Assembly: GCA_963777505.1 (NCBI GenBank)
Contig: CAVZQN010000004.1
Location: 448,001-512,000, forward strand
Reading direction: 5' to 3'
From: an uncultured bacterium
GTDB lineage: Bacteria; Acidobacteriota; HRBIN11; JAKEFK01
DNA: 64,000 nt
A program made the position numbers and the translations under genes. The notes beneath the pieces were generated by a model, which searched no databases, had not been told where the DNA came from, and saw nothing but the letters and a program-made list of their open reading frames with translations. Of this stretch, positions 22,380 through 31,922 are shown one piece after another. How positions within the stretch are numbered: position 1 is the stretch's first letter; each line of letters starts with the position of its first letter.

Positions 22380-22535
22380 GATGACTTGGCTCTTATGTAC
22401 TGCAACAGAAAATCACAATCATTATTACACATAACTCCGGCTGTGATTTTATTTGGAGTGCTATTCTCTTAAACAATGGAGCGCAGTATTTGATTTTGTG
22501 GAAAAGTATTGATAACTTCATATTGCGGATTTATT

Positions 22536-23465
22536 ATGAAAAACCCTTCCGAACAGGATACTGCGGAATTTTATCTTCCACTTAACAACTTTGATATCCA
22601 ACATCCACGTCCATTTTCCTCAGAGATAAAGGTTAGCTTTGGCGCGGTATCAGATAAAGGAAAAAAACGCGCTAACAACGAAGATGCTTTCTTGATTTTT
22701 CGCACCGGACGTTATTTTAAGAGAGTCATGACGAATGTGCAGGGAGATCTCTTGCCGGAACACCATGAAGAATGCGCTTATGCAATGGCCGTTGCGGATG
22801 GCATGGGCGGACTCGCCGCAGGCGAAGTAGCGAGCAGCATGGTACTTTCGACAGTTGTGAATCTCATGCTCTCTTCTGTGAAATGGGCCTTAAAGCTGGA
22901 CAATCCTGAGTCTAGAGATGAGGAAATTAGGGAAGCGATTCAACGCGGGATTGATTATCTTGCAAAAGCTGATGCCGCCGTTGAAAGCCGCGCTGAACAG
23001 GAACAGTCTTATAAAGGAATGGGGACTACTTTAACTGGTTCTTATAGTTTTGGAGATGATTTATTTATTTTTCATATCGGTGATTCGCGCGCATACCTCT
23101 ATCGCAACGAAAAATTGAGCCAGTTAACTAATGACCATACACTTGCACAAGAACTTGCTGACCGTGGTGATATTTCCCAGGAAGCAGTTGAAAAGCATCG
23201 CCTGAAACATATTTTGACGCGCTCCATTGGACATTCGGCAGGCAAACCAGATGTTGAGATTCACCAACTCAAGCTTCAAAATAATGATCTGGTGTTGATT
23301 TGTTCAGATGGGCTTCATGACATGATCAGCGATCAACAGATTACGCAAGTGATCAACTCAAGAGATTCGGCTCAAGACAAGTGTCAGAATCTTACAGATC
23401 TAGCATTAAAGCATGGTGGGAACGATAACATCACCGTGTTGATCGGCGAATACTTCATTCCTTAA
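22536..23465 (+). CDS. PP2C-family Ser/Thr protein phosphatase
   Basis: NEDA, VADGMGG, MGTT, HIGDSRAY, CSDGL and GGNDNIT motifs. Confidence 0.93.
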   Translation: MKNPSEQDTAEFYLPLNNFDIQHPRPFSSEIKVSFGAVSDKGKKRANNEDAFLIFRTGRYFKRVMTNVQGDLLPEHHEECAYAMAVADGMGGLAAGEVASSMVLSTVVNLMLSSVKWALKLDNPESRDEEIREAIQRGIDYLAKADAAVESRAEQEQSYKGMGTTLTGSYSFGDDLFIFHIGDSRAYLYRNEKLSQLTNDHTLAQELADRGDISQEAVEKHRLKHILTRSIGHSAGKPDVEIHQLKLQNNDLVLICSDGLHDMISDQQITQVINSRDSAQDKCQNLTDLALKHGGNDNITVLIGEYFIP

Positions 23466-23485
23466 AAATTGTCTTGTGACGCACG

Positions 23486-23839
23486 TTAGTTTTTCGTTGC
23501 TTTCTTGATAGCCTCCACCAGGGCTTCATCCCTGAATGGTTTACTGAGATATGCGATCGCTCCAGTTGCAATCGCATGCTGACGTGTTTCCTCATCATCA
23601 TGTGCAGTCATGAAAATTACAGGGGGATCGAATCCTTGATTAATCATCTCTCGTTGTAACTCGAAGCCGGTGGTTCTCCCAAGGTGAATATCAAGAATAA
23701 TACAATCGATACGTTGATAATCACGTTCAAAAAATTCCTGAGCAGAACCGTAATCTTCTACCTCAAATCCGCGAGAGCGCAAAAGTCGGCCTAAAGCCTT
23801 ACGTACAGAAAGATCATCATCAACAATAGTTATTAACAT
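23486..23839 (-). CDS. Single-domain response regulator receiver
   Basis: IVDDD, phospho-acceptor Asp (ILDIHL), FMTA and LSKPF motifs. Confidence 0.92.
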   Translation of the reverse strand: MLITIVDDDLSVRKALGRLLRSRGFEVEDYGSAQEFFERDYQRIDCIILDIHLGRTTGFELQREMINQGFDPPVIFMTAHDDEETRQHAIATGAIAYLSKPFRDEALVEAIKKATKN

Positions 23840-23883
23840 TCATTCTCCGCTAGAAAATCTAACAAGGAATAACACCGAGCGCT

Positions 23884-23900
23884 ATTGGACTTTAGTCTAA
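23884..23900 (-). promoter_or_regulatory. 17-bp motif copy 1 (TTAGACTAAAGTCCAAT on the minus strand)
   Basis: Near-identical copies at 27472 and 34001, all intergenic. Confidence 0.65.
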
Positions 23901-23972
23901 GAACAGTTTCTGTATTCATTTTTCCTGCTAAAGCAATATATAATCCGCAGTGAACTGGAGGATTACAAAAAA

Positions 23973-24710
23973 ATGCTACACAACTTATTTAAATCTATTT
24001 CACTTGTTGTATTTGGAATACTAATGTTGTCTTCAGTGACAGCTGAGGCACAAGGTTGGAAATTTTCAACCGTCATCTATCTTTGGGGTGCAGGAATGGA
24101 TGGCGAAACTGGTACTAACGATCGAATTGTAGAAGTCGACCAGAGCTTTGGTGACATCCTTAGCAATCTTGAACTCGGATTCATGGGCGGCCTTCTAGCC
24201 CGAAGTGAAACATGGGTCGTAGGCGTCGATTTCATCTACATGGGACTTGGAAACAGTGTAGAAGGTCCTCTTGGTAATTCTATTGAAGTTGATGTGGATC
24301 AGACACTGTTTGGAGCTGACGTTGGATACGCAGTCAGTGAAGCTACCGATCTTTTAGTCGGTGGACGAATCGTTTCTCTTGGAACTGCACTTAATTTTTC
24401 TGGTCCAATAAATCTTGAAATAGAATCAGATCGGACCTGGTTTGATCCATTTATTGGAATCCGGTACAGTCCCTGGCTGAGTGAAAACTGGTCATTGCTA
24501 ACTCGTTTTGATATTGGTGGATTCGATATCGGATCGGACATCGCCTGGCACTTAAATGCAGATGCAGTTTGGCATATCTCGGAACGTTCATCGCTTGCAT
24601 TCGGATACAGAATTATGTCAGTGAAATACGATGATGAGGAAGGCGAGAATGAATTTATTTATGACATGACGAATCATGGTCCGATTGGTGGTTTTATTTA
24701 CACGTTCTAG
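23973..24710 (+). CDS. Outer-membrane beta-barrel protein (uncharacterised)
   Basis: Signal peptide, amphipathic beta-strands, DIGGFDIGSD, C-terminal FIYTF. Confidence 0.8.
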   Translation: MLHNLFKSISLVVFGILMLSSVTAEAQGWKFSTVIYLWGAGMDGETGTNDRIVEVDQSFGDILSNLELGFMGGLLARSETWVVGVDFIYMGLGNSVEGPLGNSIEVDVDQTLFGADVGYAVSEATDLLVGGRIVSLGTALNFSGPINLEIESDRTWFDPFIGIRYSPWLSENWSLLTRFDIGGFDIGSDIAWHLNADAVWHISERSSLAFGYRIMSVKYDDEEGENEFIYDMTNHGPIGGFIYTF

Positions 24711-24764
24711 ATGGAGTCTGAGTTAATTTCTTTTTCTTGAGATTCTTAGTGTTCGTGTGCTTTT

Positions 24765-25487
24765 TTATTTAAGATCCAGTTCGGATTTCAGAGTGAGTGA
24801 TGAATCTTCTTGATGAGGTTCTGCACGAGCAACAATTTTTTCAGGAGTTACGATCAGACTTCTCCCTTGAATGCGATGACCAAAAGTAGTTCCGACGCCA
24901 CATGTTTTTATGAGTGGAGCCCCTGCTGCTTTTGCGCCTTCAAGAAATATTAAACGATCTCTTTCAAATTTTTCTTCAACACTTTCACCCTGTCGATAAG
25001 GAGAAGCTGTAGGCACGAATATGATTTGGCAACCCAGTGCTGCCAATTTTGAAAAGGATGCTGGAAAAAGAACATCGGCGCAAATCAAAACGCCAACGCG
25101 CAAATTATTTATTTCAAAAATCTTAAATTCATTTCCAGGGCGTACGCCAGCAGATTGTTCGCGCGAAGTTGGATTTACTTTTCTGTAAAATCCGACTTCC
25201 TGACCGCGGTCAAATACATAGCAGGTGTTGTAATATCCGTCACTGGTTTTTTCGGTCAGTGTGCCACCAATCAAAACTGTATCCAGGGTGCGTGAAATTT
25301 TACTTAAATAACCTTTCCTTTCAGAAAATCGATCCGCAGCTTGTTCGAGGTTCTGTATTTCCAAAGCAAGAGGGTAATGTTCGGGTAAACAAATGAAGTC
25401 AGGTTTGAATTCCTGAAGTTCGGAAATCGTTTGTTCGGACAAAGGATCGTTTAGCTTTTGTTGACAAGCTACAACTCGTATATTCAT
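24765..25487 (-). CDS. Carbon-nitrogen hydrolase (nitrilase family)
   Basis: CLPE, YRKV and LICAD catalytic triad; GRSLIV. Confidence 0.9.
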   Translation of the reverse strand: MNIRVVACQQKLNDPLSEQTISELQEFKPDFICLPEHYPLALEIQNLEQAADRFSERKGYLSKISRTLDTVLIGGTLTEKTSDGYYNTCYVFDRGQEVGFYRKVNPTSREQSAGVRPGNEFKIFEINNLRVGVLICADVLFPASFSKLAALGCQIIFVPTASPYRQGESVEEKFERDRLIFLEGAKAAGAPLIKTCGVGTTFGHRIQGRSLIVTPEKIVARAEPHQEDSSLTLKSELDLK

Positions 25488-25488
25488 T

Positions 25489-26229
25489 CTAACGACGAGC
25501 ATCTAATATAAGACACACTGGATCGCCAACGCGGATTGTGCCGGTTTGCACCACCGTTCCATAGACGCCCGCGTTGTTCTTGTTCAGCCGGACGACTGTC
25601 TTCAGCACCCGCGCGTCTTGTGTGCCCGTGTCCGGATCGAGGTTGATCATCATACATCGCACGTCGCGCGCCGTCACGCTCACGGCTGGCCTTGGCTCGC
25701 TGTTGCCGAACACCAGTGTCCCGCCAACCCACCCATCCTCGAGAAACGGCTCGCGGTCGTGAGTCTCAAGCACAATGTTGGCTCGGAAGCGCCTGCGATC
25801 GAGATCCACTCCCGCCTCGCCACCGATGCCAGCAATGGTCGCCAGGCTAATCACCGATACCGAGGCATCATCGAAGATCCCGTGCTTGAGCTTCATCAAT
25901 TCCACGCCGCTCCCAAAACGCTCGGCGATCTCGCTCTGGAGCTCTACGCTGCGAAGCTCCACGTGCGTTCCGGCCGGTGTGCGTACGTGAGTTGGCAGGG
26001 GCTCGCCTGTACTCTCGTCGAGACCGAAAGGGTGGTACAGAAGGAGTTCAGCGACGCGGCTCGCGGAAAGCCACGGGAAGCCGCTGTCATCTCCCAAGCG
26101 CCGGAAGGCGAAGCGCCGATCACCATCGAGACCGTGCCACCCGAGAAATGCCGACTCCGTCGCGGTACCAGCCATCGACTTGACGGGATACCGCACAAGT
26201 TCGCAAACATGCCCGAGTTCATTCATCAT
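25489..26229 (-). CDS. MOSC domain protein, markedly higher GC than its flanks
   Basis: RYPVKSM, GDRRFA, RRFRAN, RCMMINLDP and GTIRVGD motifs. Confidence 0.9.
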   Translation of the reverse strand: MMNELGHVCELVRYPVKSMAGTATESAFLGWHGLDGDRRFAFRRLGDDSGFPWLSASRVAELLLYHPFGLDESTGEPLPTHVRTPAGTHVELRSVELQSEIAERFGSGVELMKLKHGIFDDASVSVISLATIAGIGGEAGVDLDRRRFRANIVLETHDREPFLEDGWVGGTLVFGNSEPRPAVSVTARDVRCMMINLDPDTGTQDARVLKTVVRLNKNNAGVYGTVVQTGTIRVGDPVCLILDARR

Positions 26230-26247
26230 ACAGTCACCAATCAAAAA

Positions 26248-27279
26248 TCAATTCTGAAGAAATAATTGGATCCAGCGCGCCGTTCGTCGCAAATAACTCT
26301 TTTCAGCATCCTCACCTTTTTTTCCGTAAGCTCCTTCGTAGTTCAAATACCCTTTAACAGGCATTGCCATCCTGACAGCAGGTTCAATTTGTGTTCCTTC
26401 GTGCCATTCATTAAAGCTGAGCACGGCGACGTAATTTGAATCTGATGCCAGCACAGCCTCCCACCAATCATCATAATTTTTTCCATTACGCCGCAAACGC
26501 TGCATTTGCGATCTTTCTCCGAAAGTACGATTGATGTTAAAGCCAGGTGAAACCGAAGGAATAAAAATTCCGCCACGCTTTCTAACTTCATTTGCAATTC
26601 CAGGATAAAGTCTTTCGATGGGTTGATATGCTTCATATGCAAAAATGCCATCAGCGCCTGTACGATCCAGCAATGATGCATCCGTAGATTGCAAGAGTAC
26701 TATGGGATTTTCATCCGTATCATGCAAGTTTGTAACTATGTTTCGTAGACTGTTGTCAGCGTAATCTGGATCATAAATGAAAAACATGGAACGAAGTTGA
26801 GGGTGTGGCTTATTGGGCCATCTCATTTGCAAAAACGCACTGTGTTTACCAAAACGATTTTCAAGATAATGAGTATCGTCACAAATTCGGCGTGGTGTTC
26901 GGCCTAAATATGGTTCTATTAGAAATGCTACTTTGAGGCCGTATTTGGCAGCAGCATCAAACACTGAATCTGCGTTGTAATTTGTATCATCATCGCGTCC
27001 CCACCATGAGTAAATCAAAACTTGAATTCCCATGCGATCGATCCAAAGCATATGCTGATCAATGACTTCAGCACTCCGACTGCTGTATGAACCAAGCTTA
27101 GGATAGTAAGAGGAAGAAATGTCGAAAGGGGGTTGATGATTGTTCTCCTCCCAGTGAGCCCACTTCCCATCGTGCGACAGCGAGGAATACCAGGGGTAGT
27201 AGTAGATAAAGCTAATCTTCTCGCTGCCGGCGTTCAGTGTGATTGGGAAAAGTAGTAGGACGAATAAAAGTTTGTGCAC
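26248..27279 (-). CDS. Glycoside hydrolase family 99-like protein
   Basis: Signal peptide; YYPWY, YYPKLGSYSS, SWWG, IEPY and SFNEWHEGTQIEPA motifs. Confidence 0.88.
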   Translation of the reverse strand: MHKLLFVLLLFPITLNAGSEKISFIYYYPWYSSLSHDGKWAHWEENNHQPPFDISSSYYPKLGSYSSRSAEVIDQHMLWIDRMGIQVLIYSWWGRDDDTNYNADSVFDAAAKYGLKVAFLIEPYLGRTPRRICDDTHYLENRFGKHSAFLQMRWPNKPHPQLRSMFFIYDPDYADNSLRNIVTNLHDTDENPIVLLQSTDASLLDRTGADGIFAYEAYQPIERLYPGIANEVRKRGGIFIPSVSPGFNINRTFGERSQMQRLRRNGKNYDDWWEAVLASDSNYVAVLSFNEWHEGTQIEPAVRMAMPVKGYLNYEGAYGKKGEDAEKSYLRRTARWIQLFLQN

Positions 27280-27390
27280 GGGTTAAGTATAGTGTGAATG
27301 GATAAGGCAAGGGAGCAGGGGAGAAAGGGAGCAGGGGTGCAGGGGAGCAGAAGTGAAAGGGAGAAAGGGGGAGAGATTTTGTGGTTAAAT
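27269..27390. repeat. Left copy of a direct repeat, containing 8-bp GCAGGGGA-type tandem units
   Basis: Matches 40928-41026: 49/53 at the 5' end and an identical 19-nt 3' end. Confidence 0.85.
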
Positions 27391-27471
27391 TGCACATAAA
27401 CAAAGCCAAGATTCCGCAGGTTAGGAGTTTGACCTATCCGAGCGTGGTATCATTTTAGTTCCAAATTTGAA

Positions 27472-27488
27472 TTAGACTAAAGTCCTAT
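27472..27488 (+). promoter_or_regulatory. 17-bp motif copy 2 (TTAGACTAAAGTCCTAT)
   Basis: Upstream of the DUF3604 gene; 16/17 match to copy 1. Confidence 0.65.
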
Positions 27489-27560
27489 ATGTTGACTTCA
27501 AAAGAATACGATAAGCTCTTCCCGAGTTGGTATCAACGGGAATCTACGTAAGAGGTGGTC

Positions 27561-29480
27561 ATGAAATCCAAAATCTTTGCATTGTGGTTCTACATTTGCA
27601 TGGCGGTTACTTTGTCAGTGTTTGCGCAGGATGCAGGTACGCCAGACAAGGAATCGGTGGAAAAAGCATTTGCCAAAAAACCATATTCCCCTTACGCAGG
27701 ACGCAATTTTCCAACGCGTCCTTATTTCGGCGATACACATCTTCATACTGGATTTTCCATGGATGCTGGAGCGTTTGGTTGCCGTCTCAGTCCCGCAGAT
27801 GCATATCGTTTTGCGAAAGGTGAAGAAATTATGGCTTCCTCTGGCCAGCAGGTAAAACTTTCGCGACCCCTCGATTTCCTTGTTGTCGCCGATCATTCCG
27901 ACAACATGGGATTTTTTCCACAACTATTTGCCGGTGACCCAAAAATGCTAGCAGACCCAACAGGCCGCAAATGGTACGACATGGTCCAAAGCGGAAAAGG
28001 TGCCGAAGCAGCAATTCAAATTATTCAAGCCTTTTCTCAAGGAACATTCCCAAAAGCCCTGGAATTTCTTCCAGGAACATCTGCATATCAGGAGGCATGG
28101 CAGAAAACGATTAAAGCGGCAGAAGACGCGAATGATCCTGGACGATTTACGGCGTTCATCGGTTATGAATGGACTTCAAATACGGGTGGAAATAATCTTC
28201 ACCGAAACGTGATCTTCCGTGAAGATGCATCAAAAGCAAGTCAAGTTGAACCTTATACTACTCAGAAACCTTATGGAAGCGACAACCCACGCGATCTATG
28301 GAAATGGATGGCTTCGTTTGAACAGAAAACTGGTGGAAATGTTCTGGCCATTGCCCACAATGGGAATCTCAGCAATGGCAGAATGTTTCCAATCATCGAA
28401 TCCTTCACAGGTAAAAAAATAGACCGCCAATATGCGGAGCAACGGGATCGTTGGGAACCTCTTTACGAAGCAACACAAATTAAAGGTGATGGTGAAACCC
28501 ATCCTTTTCTCGCCAAAAATGACGAGTTCGCGAATTATGAAAAATGGGACAAAGGGAATCTCGATCTTAGTGAGCTGAAGAAACCAGAAATGCTTGAATT
28601 TGAATATGCTCGCTCCGCTTTAAAGAATGGGTTAAAAATGGAGAAAGAGCTTGGTGTCAATCCTTACAAATTTGGAATGATAGGGAGCACCGATGCTCAT
28701 ACAGGTTTGGCGGCAGTTGAGGAAGACAACTTCTTTGGTAAGACCAGCAGTTCGGAACCGAGCCCGGTACGAGCAACGCATCCTTTCGTTAAGGCTGCGA
28801 AAGCTACGATTATGGGATGGGAACAGACTTCTTCCGGTTATGCCGGAGTTTGGGCTACTGAAAATACGCGCGAAGCAATTTTCGATGCGATGGAACGTCG
28901 CGAAACCTATGCAACCACAGGTTCCCGGCTGGCGGTGCGATTTTTCGGCGGCTGGGATTTCGATGCTAAAGATGCGGAAAGCCGGATGCCCGCTAAAGTA
29001 GGTTACATGAAAGGGGTGCCAATGGGCGGCGATATGATTTCTGCACCATCAGGCAAAGCTCCAACATTTTTAGTTGCCGCACTAAAAGATCCGATTGGCG
29101 CAAATCTGGACCGCATTCAAATCATAAAAGGATGGATGGATGCGAAAGGTGAACTTCAAGAAAAAATCTATGATGTTGCCGTTTCCGATGGCCGCAAAAT
29201 CGATGCAGATGGCCGCTGCAAAACTCCAGTTGGAGATACAGTGGATGTTGCAAATGCATCATGGACGAACACGATTGGTGCTACTGAATTAATCACAGTG
29301 TGGAAGGATCCGGAGTTTGATGCAGGTCAACGTGCTTTTTATTATGCCCGAGTTCTCGAAATTCCGACTCCGCGCTGGACAGCCTATGATGCTAAATTCT
29401 ATAGTGTTCAGATGTCGAAAGAAGTTCCAATGACCCAGCAGGAACGCGCATACACTTCGCCAATCTGGTATACACCATAA
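27561..29480 (+). CDS. DUF3604 family exported PHP-like metalloprotein (copy 1)
   Basis: GDTHLHT, LDFLVVADHSD, GYEWT, NLHRNV, HNGNLSNG, GSTDAH and QERAYTSPIWY motifs. Confidence 0.92.
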   Translation: MKSKIFALWFYICMAVTLSVFAQDAGTPDKESVEKAFAKKPYSPYAGRNFPTRPYFGDTHLHTGFSMDAGAFGCRLSPADAYRFAKGEEIMASSGQQVKLSRPLDFLVVADHSDNMGFFPQLFAGDPKMLADPTGRKWYDMVQSGKGAEAAIQIIQAFSQGTFPKALEFLPGTSAYQEAWQKTIKAAEDANDPGRFTAFIGYEWTSNTGGNNLHRNVIFREDASKASQVEPYTTQKPYGSDNPRDLWKWMASFEQKTGGNVLAIAHNGNLSNGRMFPIIESFTGKKIDRQYAEQRDRWEPLYEATQIKGDGETHPFLAKNDEFANYEKWDKGNLDLSELKKPEMLEFEYARSALKNGLKMEKELGVNPYKFGMIGSTDAHTGLAAVEEDNFFGKTSSSEPSPVRATHPFVKAAKATIMGWEQTSSGYAGVWATENTREAIFDAMERRETYATTGSRLAVRFFGGWDFDAKDAESRMPAKVGYMKGVPMGGDMISAPSGKAPTFLVAALKDPIGANLDRIQIIKGWMDAKGELQEKIYDVAVSDGRKIDADGRCKTPVGDTVDVANASWTNTIGATELITVWKDPEFDAGQRAFYYARVLEIPTPRWTAYDAKFYSVQMSKEVPMTQQERAYTSPIWYTP

Positions 29481-29489
29481 GCACGAGAC

Positions 29490-30107
29490 TTATTTCTGTT
29501 CCAGAGCAACGGTGAAGTCGAGCTTCATTAATAGGTGGGAATCGAGTACTTCAATTTTGGAAACGTTGAATTTTTCTAACTTCAATTTGTATTGAAGTTG
29601 TCCTTGATTCAAAATTTGTGAGAGTTGTTGTGTGTCCGATTGAACCGGAACTGCGAGTGTTTCATCCAGGCTTTGAGCAAAACTCTTCAACACTGGCCCG
29701 AAGACTGTATCGGCAACGCTGTTCTTGAATTGCAGTTTAGGATCTTCAAACCATACTGAACCTTGCCGATAGGTTGGCACTCCCGAAATGATGATCTTGA
29801 AAGACTTGCCTACACCAGCACACTTGCCAAGTACTTCCTTTCCTTTTTTTCCATGAAACGTCGCTTCTATTGCCAAACGTCCAGCTTGTGCAAACACACG
29901 CGGGTTCTCCAGATAAGCATAATCACATGAAGAGCTTGGCCCACCTGACAGATAACTGCGGCCTGTGGTAAACATCTGCTCCTCCAACTCTTTTTGGATC
30001 AACGGATAAGGAATCTTGATTTCCTGGGCACCACAAACCAGACCTGTTGTGATCAGAAGAAAGAAGCAAAGGACTGCTTTGAATGAAGTAGTTTTTTCAA
30101 CACGCAT
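29490..30107 (-). CDS. Exported hypothetical protein
   Basis: 205-aa ORF with signal peptide and RBS. Confidence 0.75.
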   Translation of the reverse strand: MRVEKTTSFKAVLCFFLLITTGLVCGAQEIKIPYPLIQKELEEQMFTTGRSYLSGGPSSSCDYAYLENPRVFAQAGRLAIEATFHGKKGKEVLGKCAGVGKSFKIIISGVPTYRQGSVWFEDPKLQFKNSVADTVFGPVLKSFAQSLDETLAVPVQSDTQQLSQILNQGQLQYKLKLEKFNVSKIEVLDSHLLMKLDFTVALEQK

Positions 30108-30132
30108 GCATCTTCAAGACTCCCTGGATTTC

Positions 30133-30729
30133 TTACGGTTGAGGTAGACTGGCCGGTTGTTGGAGACGAAATTCTAGCAACGTTCCTGCCGGTATACTCA
30201 CCTGTTCACCTCTTGTTATCAAGGACATTCCAGTCCTTACGACAGCACTGGTAGCAGCTCCAGTTGCAGCTCCTGCTGGGCCGCCCCTGATGGCTCCAAT
30301 TGCTGCGCCCAGACCTACACCACGCACAACCTTTTTCGTCGTCTTCTTCGTTTCACTCTTTCCAGCAACACCGTAATCATCGCTCAGTAGAGGATAGGCG
30401 GTGCCTCCAACAACGACGTCTGTTAACTCAATCATCAATTCCGACTTTCCTGTAGCTCTTCCCGCAGATTTTGATTCAGTCAGACGCACATGAATATTTG
30501 AGTCGGATGGGGCTACAACCTGGTCGTCTACCAATAAATCTGTTACCAATTTAGCTGTGAAGCGCTCTCCAACCTTATGCTTTTTGGAATCGATTCCATC
30601 AGTTATTCGAACTAGCAGAGGCGTTCCGGCCGGAATGGTTACCATCGTTTGTTGAGCTTCCGTTGGATAGATCTGTACAAAAAATAAAAACAGAAAACCC
30701 AGATAATGGAACGCGTTTGAGTTTTTCAT
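30133..30729 (-). CDS. Exported protein with TrbI/VirB10-like domain and glycine zipper (paralog A)
   Basis: TIPAGTPLLVR...GERFTAKL, GLGAAIGAI.GG..GAA.GA and IPAGTLLEFRL motifs. Confidence 0.75.
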   Translation of the reverse strand: MKNSNAFHYLGFLFLFFVQIYPTEAQQTMVTIPAGTPLLVRITDGIDSKKHKVGERFTAKLVTDLLVDDQVVAPSDSNIHVRLTESKSAGRATGKSELMIELTDVVVGGTAYPLLSDDYGVAGKSETKKTTKKVVRGVGLGAAIGAIRGGPAGAATGAATSAVVRTGMSLITRGEQVSIPAGTLLEFRLQQPASLPQP

Positions 30730-30747
30730 GTAGCTCCTCGAATTTCT

Positions 30748-31344
30748 TTATTGGCGAGGTAAGCTGGCTGGTTGTTGCAGACGGAATTCCAGCAAGGTTC
30801 CTGCCGGTATACTAACCTGTTCACCCTTTGTTATCGCAGACATTCCAATGCCAACGATACCACCCGTGGCAGCTCCTTTTGCTGCGCCACTACCGCCACC
30901 AGATATGGCTCCAATTGCTGCTCCCAGCCCTACACCACCCGCCGCTTTTTTCGCCGTCTTCTTCGTTTCACTCTGACCGGCAACACTGTAATCATCACTC
31001 AATAGCGCATAAGCAGTACCGGCAACAACGATATCGGTTAACTCAATCTGCAGTTCCGACTTTCCTGAAGTTTTGCCGGCGGATTTTGATTCAGCAAGAC
31101 GTACATAAAGAGTCGAGCCTAGTGGGGCAACTACTTCATCGCCAGCCATTAAATTTGTTTCCAGTTTTGCTGTGAAGCGATGGCCAATCTTGTGTTTTTT
31201 GGAATCGATTCCTTCAGACGTGCGCACCAACAGACGGCTTCCAGCCGGAACAGTAACCATTTCTTTCTGAGCGTCCGCTACAGAAATATGCACAAGCAGC
31301 AAAAAGAGAAGGCACAAACAACTGAACATGTTTGAATTCTTCAT
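30748..31344 (-). CDS. Exported protein with TrbI/VirB10-like domain and glycine zipper (paralog B)
   Basis: Close tandem paralog of 30133-30729; GGAGGAG RBS. Confidence 0.75.
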   Translation of the reverse strand: MKNSNMFSCLCLLFLLLVHISVADAQKEMVTVPAGSRLLVRTSEGIDSKKHKIGHRFTAKLETNLMAGDEVVAPLGSTLYVRLAESKSAGKTSGKSELQIELTDIVVAGTAYALLSDDYSVAGQSETKKTAKKAAGGVGLGAAIGAISGGGSGAAKGAATGGIVGIGMSAITKGEQVSIPAGTLLEFRLQQPASLPRQ

Positions 31345-31369
31345 ATTCTCCTCCAAGGTACGGTTTGAA

Positions 31370-31873
31370 TTACTCAATTACAGGCAGCATTGACTGTACT
31401 TGAAGTCTTTCCAGCGTCTCAATTTGATTTTCGACCTGAAAAAACCTGGCTGCTGTAAGCGCTGAGGTTGCTGCTTTCATTTTTTCGTAGTACTTCCGCT
31501 TCAAATCAATTCTTTTCCCTTCGAGTTCAAATGATTTCATCACCAACTCATTTGCTTTTTCGTCGGTCAACTGTGTGTAGTTCTTTACGTAATCCTGGAC
31601 TAACTGATATTGAGTCGAATCCAGACCGTCCAATTCAGCATCGTATTCCTTAAAAACCGGCCAAAATTTTTGAGCTTCCGCATCGTCTAATTGAAGAACT
31701 TCGGAAACGACATTTAATTCGTTTGCCTCAATATCAAGTTTCAACAACTCTGCGTAGGCTTGTTTGTTCAGTTCCTGACTATCCGTCCGAACATTTTGAC
31801 CGAATACTAGACTTGCTGCAAAACTAATGAGAAAAACACAAACAGCAAAAATTGTTCTGGGCATGTAATCCAT
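31370..31873 (-). CDS. Exported helical hypothetical protein
   Basis: Signal peptide; L.L...EA.KFWPV..EY and AARFFQVE patterns; GGAGG RBS. Confidence 0.75.
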   Translation of the reverse strand: MDYMPRTIFAVCVFLISFAASLVFGQNVRTDSQELNKQAYAELLKLDIEANELNVVSEVLQLDDAEAQKFWPVFKEYDAELDGLDSTQYQLVQDYVKNYTQLTDEKANELVMKSFELEGKRIDLKRKYYEKMKAATSALTAARFFQVENQIETLERLQVQSMLPVIE

Positions 31874-31922
31874 ACGAACACCTCCTGTCTTTAATAAAAA
31901 TTCTCTTGTAGGGAGAATTCAC

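Noticed and set aside
25546-26265. 239-aa plus-strand ORF
   Set aside because: Antisense shadow of the high-GC MOSC gene, with no recognisable motifs
27305-27375. GCAGGGGA-type repeats as a CRISPR array
   Set aside because: These are 8-bp tandem units with no unique spacers and no cas genes
30133-31344. Conjugative element / type IV secretion system
   Set aside because: No VirB4, VirD4, relaxase or other tra genes in the window
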